51,012 nt of DNA, taken from an uncultured Planctomycetales bacterium. GTDB lineage: Bacteria > Planctomycetota > UBA1135. Location: assembly GCA_964591365.1 (NCBI GenBank), contig CAZQAP010000001.1:1-51012 (forward strand), given 5' to 3'. Position 1 is the stretch's first letter. Each line of letters begins with the position of its first letter. Both the position numbers and the translations under genes were made by a program. The notes under the pieces were generated by a model. That model did not search any database and was not told the origin of the DNA. It saw only the letters and a list, made by a program, of their open reading frames with translations. Positions 38,846 to 46,028 of this stretch are shown here, piece after piece.

Positions 38846-39124
38846 ATGGGGGAACGGGTGGTCCGGGAGGTGGTGGTTTCCCATTCCCAGGGCATCCACG
38901 CCCGTCCAAGTCATGCCATCGTGGCCCTGGCATCCCGCTTCCAGTCCCGTGTGGCTCTCACGGTCCAGGACCGCCGGGCCGATGCAAAGAGCATCCTTTC
39001 CGTCATGACTCTGGGCGCCGTCCAGGGAAGCCGGCTCCAGATCGAGACCCAGGGGCCCGACGCCAGGGAGGCTGCCGAGGCCCTCGTGGATCTGGTGGAA
39101 AAGGGTTTCCGGGAGGAGAGTTGA
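38846..39124 (+). CDS. ptsO: HPr-family phosphocarrier protein (NPr-like)
   Basis: The 92-aa ORF has ..VVVSHSQGIHARPSHAIV.. (His-15 motif) and ..ADAKSILSVMTLGA.. (Ser-46 region). Confidence 0.88.
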   Translation: MGERVVREVVVSHSQGIHARPSHAIVALASRFQSRVALTVQDRRADAKSILSVMTLGAVQGSRLQIETQGPDAREAAEALVDLVEKGFREES

Positions 39125-39729
39125 AAGGGAGCGGATCCCGGCCGGCCGGCCTGCGCTACTGCGTGGAGTTCTCCAAGCAGGGGCCGGCCCGCTTCCTTGC
39201 CCATCTGGATCTCCAGTCGGCTTTCGAGCGCGCGCTTCGGCGGGCACGGCTTCCCCTGGCTTTCTCGGAAGGGTTCCATCCTCACCCGCGCCTGGTTTTC
39301 GAGGATGCCCTGCCCCTCGGGTGGTCGAGCGAACGGGAGCGGTTGTGGGTGGACCTTCGGGCGGTCTACCCCAGCGCGGAAATTGCCGCCCGGCTGGGCC
39401 GCGTGCTTCCCCCCGGTCTTTGCCTCCAGCGCGTCTTCCCCTGGCAGGGCCGTCCGGCCCCGGCGCGGACGCGCCGGTACCGGGTCGAGTCGCCGGCTTT
39501 GGGTGAGGACTTCCTCCTGCGCCTGCGGGATCGTTTTCCCCCCCGTCCCAAGGGCCCCCCGGCGGTGGAGGCGGCCGCCGAAGAGGGCGGTTTTCAGATC
39601 TGCCTGCGGGGGGATCCCCGTACCCCGCCGCTTTCCCTGAAGAAGGTCCTCGGCGCCGTTTTCCCGCAGGAGCTCCCCGCCTCCCTGCGCGTGTGGCGAC
39701 TGGCCGACAACCGGGAGGACGAATCCTGA
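39121..39729 (+). CDS. DUF2344 / radical-SAM-linked protein family (TIGR03936-like), stand-alone
   Basis: The TTG start overlaps the npr stop (TTGA). The translation ..LRYCVEFSKQGPARFLAHLDLQSAFERALRRARLPLAFSEGFHPHPRLVFEDALPLG..SE.E matches the remembered family signature (FSK.G..RF.SHLD....FERA.RRA.LP...S.GF.P.P). It lies directly upstream of an RNase E/G gene, as is usual for this family. Confidence 0.65.
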   Translation: MKGSGSRPAGLRYCVEFSKQGPARFLAHLDLQSAFERALRRARLPLAFSEGFHPHPRLVFEDALPLGWSSERERLWVDLRAVYPSAEIAARLGRVLPPGLCLQRVFPWQGRPAPARTRRYRVESPALGEDFLLRLRDRFPPRPKGPPAVEAAAEEGGFQICLRGDPRTPPLSLKKVLGAVFPQELPASLRVWRLADNREDES

Positions 39730-41285
39730 CCCCTGACGCCCAAGGTCCTCCTCCTGCGGAAAACCTGACGCTGTTCGTCAACGGCCGGGACCCCGAAGAA
39801 GTGCGCGTGGCGCTGGCCCAGGGGACGCGTCTTCAGGATGTCCGCTGGTCGCGTTCCGATCGGACCACCCTGGTGGGCAATCTCTATCTCGGGGTGGTCC
39901 GCAAGGTGGAACCCGGACTGGATGCGGCCTTCGTGCACTTTGGGGGAGCGCGGGCCGGTTTCCTGCACGTGGGCAACCTGCATCCCGGCTATGCCCTGCC
40001 GGGGGCCGATCCTTTCGAGGTGGCGGCCATGCCCGCTGCAGCGGCCGAGAAGCTGGCCGACGTGGCGCGTGAGCGCAAGGCGGCCCCGGTCCTTCAGCCG
40101 CCGGCTTCCATTGCCGGGATGCTCTCGCCGGGCCGCCGGGTCCTGGTCCAGGTCCTGCGCGATCCGGTGCGCGGCAAGGGGGCCACCCTGACCACCTTCG
40201 TCTCCCTGGCCGGGCGGCTGCTGGTGTTGATGCCCTCCCTGGGCCGGGTGGGGGTGAGCCGGCGGATCCAGGATGAAAAGGAGCGGGCCCGCCTGCGGGC
40301 CGCACTTCAGGCCTGCGAGGTTCCCGAAGGCCTCGGCCTCATCGCCCGGACGGCTGCCGCAGGTTCCCGCCGCAGGCATCTGCGCCAGGACCTGCGCCAT
40401 TTGTTGAAGCAGTGGGACGAGGTGGGCCGGGCGGTTCGCAAGGATCCGGATCTCTGCCTGGTCCATCGCGAGCCCTCTCCCGCGGTGCGGGCGGTGCGGG
40501 ATCTCTTCCTTCCGAAACTCGAACGGATCGTGGTGGACGACGAGAAAACGGCCGGCGAGGTCGAAGACTTTCTCTCCAGCTATGTGCCCCGGGCCCGCGT
40601 TCCCGTGGAACGCTACGCGCGGACCCGGCCCCTCTTCGAAGCCTACGATTTGGAGCGGGATTACCAGCTTCTCTTTCGCCCGCGCGTTCCCCTGGACTCC
40701 GGCGCTTCTATCGTCGTTCACGAGACCGAAGCCCTGACGGCGATCGACGTCAACAGCGGCCGGATCGACCAGGGCAGCCTGGAGCAGACCGCCCTCCACG
40801 CGAACCTGCTGGCCGCCCGGGAGATCGCCCGGCAGATCCGCCTGCGGGATCTTGGCGGGATCCTGGTCGTCGACTTCATCGACATGGCCCAGCCGTCCCA
40901 CCGGCGGGAAGTCGAGGCGGCTTTCCGGGAGGCGCTCCAGGAGGATCGCTCGCGCGGCAAGCCGGGCCGTCTGGGGGCCTTCGGCTTGATGGCCCTCACC
41001 CGGCGGAGGCTGGGCAACGGCCTCCCGCGGGCGGCGGAATCCCCCTGTCCCGCCTGCGCGGGAACAGGCAGCCTCAGCCTGTTGCGGGCCGGCGCTCTGC
41101 GCGCCCTGCGCCGCCTGCGGGCCCTCGGCGGGGATGGCGGGCGCTGGCGTCTGCGGGCCCATCCCGGAGTCCTGGGGATCCTCGAGGAGGAATTCCAGGA
41201 GGAGGTATCGGCCCTGGATTTCGAACTCGAACCGATCGGGGATTCCCAGGTGCCCGCGGGCGAACCCGTCCTGGAGCGGGTTTGA
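39693..41285 (+). CDS. rng: Ribonuclease E/G family protein (Rng/CafA-like)
   Basis: It has an S1 domain ..GNLYLGVVRKVEPGLDAAFVHFGGARAGFLHV.. and a catalytic core ..SIVVHETEALTAIDVNSGR.., ..NLLAAREIARQIRLRDLGGILVVDFIDM.., plus a zinc link CPACAGTG. The start is uncertain; GTG 39693 overlaps the upstream gene by 37 nt. Confidence 0.85.
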   Translation: MATGRQPGGRILTPDAQGPPPAENLTLFVNGRDPEEVRVALAQGTRLQDVRWSRSDRTTLVGNLYLGVVRKVEPGLDAAFVHFGGARAGFLHVGNLHPGYALPGADPFEVAAMPAAAAEKLADVARERKAAPVLQPPASIAGMLSPGRRVLVQVLRDPVRGKGATLTTFVSLAGRLLVLMPSLGRVGVSRRIQDEKERARLRAALQACEVPEGLGLIARTAAAGSRRRHLRQDLRHLLKQWDEVGRAVRKDPDLCLVHREPSPAVRAVRDLFLPKLERIVVDDEKTAGEVEDFLSSYVPRARVPVERYARTRPLFEAYDLERDYQLLFRPRVPLDSGASIVVHETEALTAIDVNSGRIDQGSLEQTALHANLLAAREIARQIRLRDLGGILVVDFIDMAQPSHRREVEAAFREALQEDRSRGKPGRLGAFGLMALTRRRLGNGLPRAAESPCPACAGTGSLSLLRAGALRALRRLRALGGDGGRWRLRAHPGVLGILEEEFQEEVSALDFELEPIGDSQVPAGEPVLERV

Positions 41286-41291
41286 TCCGCC

Positions 41292-41320
41292 TTGCCGGCC
41301 CAACCCGGAGAAGCTAGACT
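41292..41320 (+). promoter_or_regulatory. Candidate promoter for rplU-rpmA-obg (TTGCCG-17 nt-TAGACT)
   Basis: TTGCCG is at 41292-41297 and TAGACT at 41315-41320, in the 72-nt rng-rplU spacer. The -10 hexamer is the same as the one upstream of rpsL. Confidence 0.4.
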
Positions 41321-41357
41321 GGAAGGCTTCCCGGGGCCCCTGAATCCGGCTCAGATC

Positions 41358-41678
41358 ATGTACGCCATTGTCCGCGACCGTTCCCGCTGCCTGACCCTGA
41401 ATCCGGGTCAGGAACTGTGGATCGACCGTTGTCCGGAGCTGAAACCGGGCGGGGAGATCACCTTCGACCAGGTCCATCTTCTGAAGAAGGAGGACGGCAG
41501 CATCGAGATCGGCTCGCCCACCATCGAAGGCGCTTCGGTGGTTGCGGAAGTCCTGGGAGAAGCCAAGGACCGCAAGATCTACGTGGCCACCTTCAAGCGC
41601 CGCAAGACCTTCCGCCGCAGGGTGGGCCACAGGGAAACCTATACCCGGATCCGGGTCCGGGAAATCCGGACCGTCTGA
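41358..41678 (+). CDS. rplU: 50S ribosomal protein L21
   Basis: The ATG at 41358 gives [24 protein letters not shown]....[13 protein letters not shown]........IG.P.IEGASV.AEVL.E.KD.KI.V..FKRRK...RR.GHR. .YT.IRV. Confidence 0.95.
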   Translation: MYAIVRDRSRCLTLNPGQELWIDRCPELKPGGEITFDQVHLLKKEDGSIEIGSPTIEGASVVAEVLGEAKDRKIYVATFKRRKTFRRRVGHRETYTRIRVREIRTV

Positions 41679-41706
41679 AGGCGGGCTGTTTGACGGGAAA
41701 GACGCA

Positions 41707-41958
41707 ATGGCACACAAGAAAGGCGGCGGCTCCAGCAAGAACGGGCGGGATTCCAACCCCCAGTACCGCGGCGTGAAACGCTACGGCGGCCAATCCGTGC
41801 GCGCCGGCGAGATCCTCGTGCGCCAATGCGGAACGAAATTGCACGCGGGCAGGGGAGTGGGGCAGGGCCGCGACTTCACCTTGTTCGCTCTTCGGGACGG
41901 AATCGTGGTTTTCCAGTCCCGGCGCCGGGTTTCCGTACAGGATCCCGTCTCTTCCTGA
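41707..41958 (+). CDS. rpmA: 50S ribosomal protein L27
   Basis: The ATG at 41707 gives [66 protein letters not shown]. Confidence 0.95.
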   Translation: MAHKKGGGSSKNGRDSNPQYRGVKRYGGQSVRAGEILVRQCGTKLHAGRGVGQGRDFTLFALRDGIVVFQSRRRVSVQDPVSS

Positions 41959-42051
41959 ACCCGCGGGGGCCCGCCTCGGGATCGCGAGTCTGAATCCTCC
42001 CGCTTGCCGGGCGGGAGGGGGACGCACGAAGAAGGGATGCGCGAAGAAGGG

Positions 42052-43140
42052 ATGTTCCGCGATGAGGCCCGGCTGCGTGCGATCGCCGGCCGGGGAGGGG
42101 ATGGCTGCTGCGCCTTCTTCCGGGAGAAGTACCGGCCTTTCGGGGGGCCTTCCGGGGGGGACGGGGGCCGGGGCGGCAGCGTGATCCTGAAAGCGGTTCC
42201 GCACGAGGATTCCCTCTATTCCCTGGGCCGGCAGCGCGTGGTGCGCGCCTCCAGCGGACGTCCCGGGAGCGGGGGGGGGCGCACCGGAGCCGGCGGGGAG
42301 GACCGGGTTCTTCCGGTCCCGGTCGGAACGCAGGTCCGCGACGCCCGGCACGGCCACCTTCTGGCCGATCTGGCCGTCCCCGACGGCATCCTGGTCGTGG
42401 CCCGCGGCGGGAGGGGCGGCAGGGGCAACGCCCGCTTCGCCACCGCAACCAACCAGGCCCCGCGACATTTCGAGCACGGGGAACCGGGGGAAGAGCGCGA
42501 AGTTCTGCTGGTGCTGAAACTGATGGCCGACATCGGCCTGGTCGGGCTGCCCAATGCGGGCAAGAGCACCCTTCTCCGCAGGCTGACGGCGGCCCGGCCC
42601 CAGGTGGCGCCCTACCCCTTCACCACCCTCGACCCGCTTCTGGGGGTGGTCGAGGAAGCCCCCCGGCGGGGGGGCTGCCTGGTGCTGGCCGACGTTCCCG
42701 GATTGGTGGAGGGGGCCCACCGGGGAAAGGGCCTTGGAATCCGGTTCCTGCGCCACCTGGAGCGCACCCGGGCCCTGCTCCATCTGGTGGACTGTTCCCC
42801 CCTGGCCGCGGATCCTCTGGCGGCTCTGCGCACGGTCGAGGCCGAACTGAAAGCCTACGGGAAGGGCCTTGCCGTCCGCCCGCGCTTGATCGTGGCGACC
42901 AAGGTGGAGGATGAGGCCTCGGAATCGCGGGCCGCTGCGCTCCTTGCCGGAAGGCGCGGGGAACAGGGCCTGGCGGTTTCGGCTTGGACTGGAAGGGGTC
43001 TGCCGGAACTTCGCAGCGCCCTTCCCCGGCTCCTGAAAGAGGCCTGTTCCGGGGCTCCGTCCTCTTCCGGGGGAGGAAAACCGGGTCCGGAAGCGTCGAA
43101 AACGAGCCTGGACACCCCCCCTGGGAGGATGGGAGACTAG
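42052..43140 (+). CDS. obg: GTPase Obg/CgtA
   Basis: The ATG at 42052 gives [44 protein letters not shown] (Obg fold glycine-rich repeats), followed by the G domain [17 protein letters not shown] and ..YPFTTL.P.LGVV... Confidence 0.93.
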   Translation: MFRDEARLRAIAGRGGDGCCAFFREKYRPFGGPSGGDGGRGGSVILKAVPHEDSLYSLGRQRVVRASSGRPGSGGGRTGAGGEDRVLPVPVGTQVRDARHGHLLADLAVPDGILVVARGGRGGRGNARFATATNQAPRHFEHGEPGEEREVLLVLKLMADIGLVGLPNAGKSTLLRRLTAARPQVAPYPFTTLDPLLGVVEEAPRRGGCLVLADVPGLVEGAHRGKGLGIRFLRHLERTRALLHLVDCSPLAADPLAALRTVEAELKAYGKGLAVRPRLIVATKVEDEASESRAAALLAGRRGEQGLAVSAWTGRGLPELRSALPRLLKEACSGAPSSSGGGKPGPEASKTSLDTPPGRMGD

Positions 43141-43175
43141 GCTTCAAGGCTTGTGCCGGCTCCGACGGAATCGTC

Positions 43176-44162
43176 TTGACCTACAAACTGATCCGCTTCG
43201 TGTTCGTCCTGGTCGGCGTTGCAGCCCTGGGCGGATTCGGCTATTCCTTCTACGACTTCGTGCGCCATTCCGACCAGTACACAAGTCATCTGGACGTGGT
43301 CAAACTGGAATCGGGATTCCAGACCACCAGCTCCATCACCGCCGACGGGACCCTCAAGGACTATGCCGACTACAAAAAGGTCTGCGCCGAGTTGAATGTA
43401 ACCGGCAAGATCGTGGTCGCCGAGACGGAGGCAGGAGCCAAGGCGGCCGAGAAAATCAAGCCGCGCATCGGGCCCGAGCAGATCGAGGTCTGCTACATCC
43501 AGTTCCAGCCTGAATCGAAAAGTTCCTCCTACGCCTACATCCGCCCGCGGCAGAAGGGCGTCTCCCGCCCCAAGGACCTCGGGGACAAGCTCCCGGGTGA
43601 CTTCTTTCGCTTGAACGACACCTTCCAGTTGCCGCAGTTCCCCGACCTCGACATCACCCTGGTGGCCATCCGCCAGCGCGAGGTCGACCTGAAGGTCGAG
43701 GGAATGGACGATCTTCTGACCCTGGAGCCGGGGACCTTCGATGTGGATACCGCCGAGATCAAGGCTCAGGGCCTCCTGGGGGGCGGATTGGGGGCGGTCC
43801 CCGCACCGCAGACCCGTCAAGTGGCCCCCAATACCTGGCAGCTCGGTTCCCAGGATCTGGAGCAGATCCGGAAGATGCCCAAGGACGAGATCTACGCCGC
43901 CATCCAGGTTCAGCCCGTCCGGGATCCCGCTACCAAGAAGATCCGCGGCCTTCAGGTGCAGAGCATCCAAAAGGACTCGCTCTTCACCCGCCAGGGCCTC
44001 CAGCCGCGGGACGTGATCCTGAACGTCAACGGACACCCCGCCACCGACCGGGCAGACCTCCTGAGGTGGCTCCAGAAGCAGGAGAACGCCGGGGAGTTCC
44101 GCGTGGAAGTCGAACGCCTCGGCGGGGTGCGGACCTTGACCTACCGGGTTCCAGGGCGCTGA
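43176..44162 (+). CDS. Membrane-anchored protein with C-terminal PDZ domain (GspC-like architecture; function unknown)
   Basis: TTG 43176 is the first start codon after the obg stop in this frame. An N-terminal transmembrane helix KLIRFVFVLVGVAALGGFGYSFY is present. The C-terminal ..IRGLQVQSIQKDSLFTRQGLQPRDVILNVNGHPATDRADLLRWLQKQENAGEFRVEVERLGGVRTLTY looks like a PDZ domain. Confidence 0.55.
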   Translation: MTYKLIRFVFVLVGVAALGGFGYSFYDFVRHSDQYTSHLDVVKLESGFQTTSSITADGTLKDYADYKKVCAELNVTGKIVVAETEAGAKAAEKIKPRIGPEQIEVCYIQFQPESKSSSYAYIRPRQKGVSRPKDLGDKLPGDFFRLNDTFQLPQFPDLDITLVAIRQREVDLKVEGMDDLLTLEPGTFDVDTAEIKAQGLLGGGLGAVPAPQTRQVAPNTWQLGSQDLEQIRKMPKDEIYAAIQVQPVRDPATKKIRGLQVQSIQKDSLFTRQGLQPRDVILNVNGHPATDRADLLRWLQKQENAGEFRVEVERLGGVRTLTYRVPGR

Positions 44163-44169
44163 ACTTCCC

Positions 44170-44907
44170 GTGGAGGGGGAGGTGCTGCTGCTCGATGTCG
44201 GCAACTCCCGGCTGAAATGCGCCCGGCCCGCTCCGGGAGGGGGGCTTTCCGATCTGGCCGTCCTTTCTCTGGAGCCGGGACCGGACGGCGAGCGGGTGGA
44301 TCCTTCCCGGTGGCTTGCCAAGCCTCTCGGGGACTGCGACGCGGTGCTGGTTTCCAGCACCAACCCGGCCTGCCTGGGGGACCTGCAAACGGGGGCCCTC
44401 AAGGGACGCCGGGTCCGACGGGTCGGCCCGGGCGACTGGCCGCTTCCAGTGCGCAGCCGGGGGACGGGCAGCGACCGGGTCCTGGCCGCCTTCGCCGCCT
44501 GGAGGCGCGGCCGCGGCGGGGTGCTCGTCGCCAGCCTGGGGACCGCCTGGACCCTGGATGTGGTCGATTCCGGCGGGGAGTTCCTGGGGGGCGCCATCGG
44601 GCCGGGCCTGGCCCTCCAGATTGAGGCATTGGCGCGGGCCTGTCCCCATCTGGACCCCCCGGATCCGGAACCCGGGCCGCCGATTCCCCGCTCCACCGGT
44701 GCAGCCGTGGCTGCCGGGACCGCGGGAGCCCTGGCCCTGATGCTGGAAACCCTGGCCGCCCGTTTCGAGGCGGTCGCGGGAGGGGAGTTCCGCCGCTACC
44801 TGACCGGGGGGACTGCGGACAGCATGCGGGCCTGGGTTTCCGAGGAGTGGGAGACGGTGCCGCACCTGGTCCTGGAGGGGCTCGCCCTGGTCAGCCGGGA
44901 TGCATGA
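44170..44907 (+). CDS. coaX: Type III pantothenate kinase (CoaX)
   Basis: The translation has ..LLLDVGNSRLK.., ..GTGSDRVLAAFAA.., ..LGTAWTLDVVDSGGEFLGGAIGPGL.. and ..STGAAVAAGTAGA.. in the expected order. The start is GTG 44170, or alternatively GTG 44182. Confidence 0.82.
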   Translation: MEGEVLLLDVGNSRLKCARPAPGGGLSDLAVLSLEPGPDGERVDPSRWLAKPLGDCDAVLVSSTNPACLGDLQTGALKGRRVRRVGPGDWPLPVRSRGTGSDRVLAAFAAWRRGRGGVLVASLGTAWTLDVVDSGGEFLGGAIGPGLALQIEALARACPHLDPPDPEPGPPIPRSTGAAVAAGTAGALALMLETLAARFEAVAGGEFRRYLTGGTADSMRAWVSEEWETVPHLVLEGLALVSRDA

Positions 44908-46028
44908 CTGTCCGCCAGGGATCCTCCCGGGGGGCTTTCCGCCTCCTTTCCGCCGCGGGCCCGGCGGCGCTCTCCATCTGGGAGCTGCGGGCTCCCGCCG
45001 GGTGGTGGGCGGCATTCCTGGGCCGGAACGACCTGCCTGCTCCGGGACGACCGCGCCTGGTGCGCATCCGGGACGGCGAAGGAAACGATCTGGACGAAGG
45101 CCTGCTGCGGGTCTGCGCTGCCGGCCCGGAAGTCCGCGCGGAGCTCCATCTGCATGGCGGGTCCGGGGTGGCGGCCCGGCTGCGCAGCCGCCTGGGCGAG
45201 CTGGGGTGGCGGGAGAGCGGGGGCCCGGTTCCGCAGGACGAGGACTTCGCCCGGGTGCTGAAGGCCCGGGCTCCCTGGAATGCCCGGGCTGCCGCCGACG
45301 CCTGGCACGGGTGCTTCGAAAACGCTTGGAAGCAGGTTCCTTCCCAGGGCCCGCCGGGTCCTGAGGAGGCTGCGATCTGGCGGGAGAGGCTGGCCTGGGC
45401 CGGCTGGGTGGAGGCCCCCCCCCGCGTGGCCCTGGCCGGCCCTCCCAACACCGGCAAGTCGGCCCTGTTCAATGCGTGGGTTCGGGAGGAGCGGGTCACG
45501 GTGTCGCCGCACCCCGGCACGACCCGCGACTGCGTGGAGGCAGGGATCCTTCTGGGAAAGGGGGACCGGGCCCTGGAGGCCCGCCTGATCGATACGGCGG
45601 GCCTTTGGAAGCCTTCCCGGGAACTCGACCGGCTGGCCCTGGAAGGGGCGCGGGCAGCCCTGCGAACCGCTCAGCGGGTGATCTGGGTCTTCGATGCGGC
45701 CGGACGCCCGGATCCGGAGGCGCTCCAGGCGTTTCGAGAACGAAGCGTTCCGTGCTTGAAGCTTCTTCATCGCACCGACCTGGGAGAGGCCTGGGATCCC
45801 GAAGAGATTGCCGGCGGAGTCTGGCTGCGGGGCAGCGTGCAGGCGGAGGGCGAGGAATGCATTGCCCGGTTGGAGCAGGCTCTGCTCGCCTCGCTGGGTC
45901 CCCTGCCTGCGGAGGGGACTCCTCTTCCCCTGGGAAAACGGCGCCGGGGGCTGGTCGGGGAGTACCTGGAGCGGGGGGAAACCGGAGGCCGCCCCCGGGG
46001 GGCGGCCCCTTCCCGCGGGATACAATGA
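44904..46028 (+). CDS. MnmE/TrmE-like GTPase, short form lacking the C-terminal CxGK motif
   Basis: ATG 44904 overlaps the coaX stop (ATGA). The N-domain ..SIWELRAP.. and ..ELHLHGGSGVAARL.. resembles the MnmE E.H.HGG block. The G domain reads VALAGPPNTGKSALFNAWV..ERVTVSPHPGTTRDCVEAG......... LIDTAGL. The product is 374 aa and the C-terminus has no FC(I/L/V)GK. Confidence 0.6.
   Translation: MTVRQGSSRGAFRLLSAAGPAALSIWELRAPAGWWAAFLGRNDLPAPGRPRLVRIRDGEGNDLDEGLLRVCAAGPEVRAELHLHGGSGVAARLRSRLGELGWRESGGPVPQDEDFARVLKARAPWNARAAADAWHGCFENAWKQVPSQGPPGPEEAAIWRERLAWAGWVEAPPRVALAGPPNTGKSALFNAWVREERVTVSPHPGTTRDCVEAGILLGKGDRALEARLIDTAGLWKPSRELDRLALEGARAALRTAQRVIWVFDAAGRPDPEALQAFRERSVPCLKLLHRTDLGEAWDPEEIAGGVWLRGSVQAEGEECIARLEQALLASLGPLPAEGTPLPLGKRRRGLVGEYLERGETGGRPRGAAPSRGIQ

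Noticed and set aside
41996-42018. A hairpin CCTCCCGC-TTGCCGG-GCGGGAGG between rpmA and obg, considered as an intrinsic terminator.
   Set aside because: It is a perfect 8-bp stem, but it is followed by GGGACGC rather than a U-tract. obg typically belongs to the rplU-rpmA operon. At most it is an mRNA-stability or processing element.
42027-42054. A 13-nt direct repeat CGAAGAAGGGATG occurs twice, giving two in-frame ATGs (42037 and 42052) for obg.
   Set aside because: It is a short local duplication. The conserved Obg N-terminus (MFRDEA..) begins at the second ATG. It only adds start-codon ambiguity of 5 codons.
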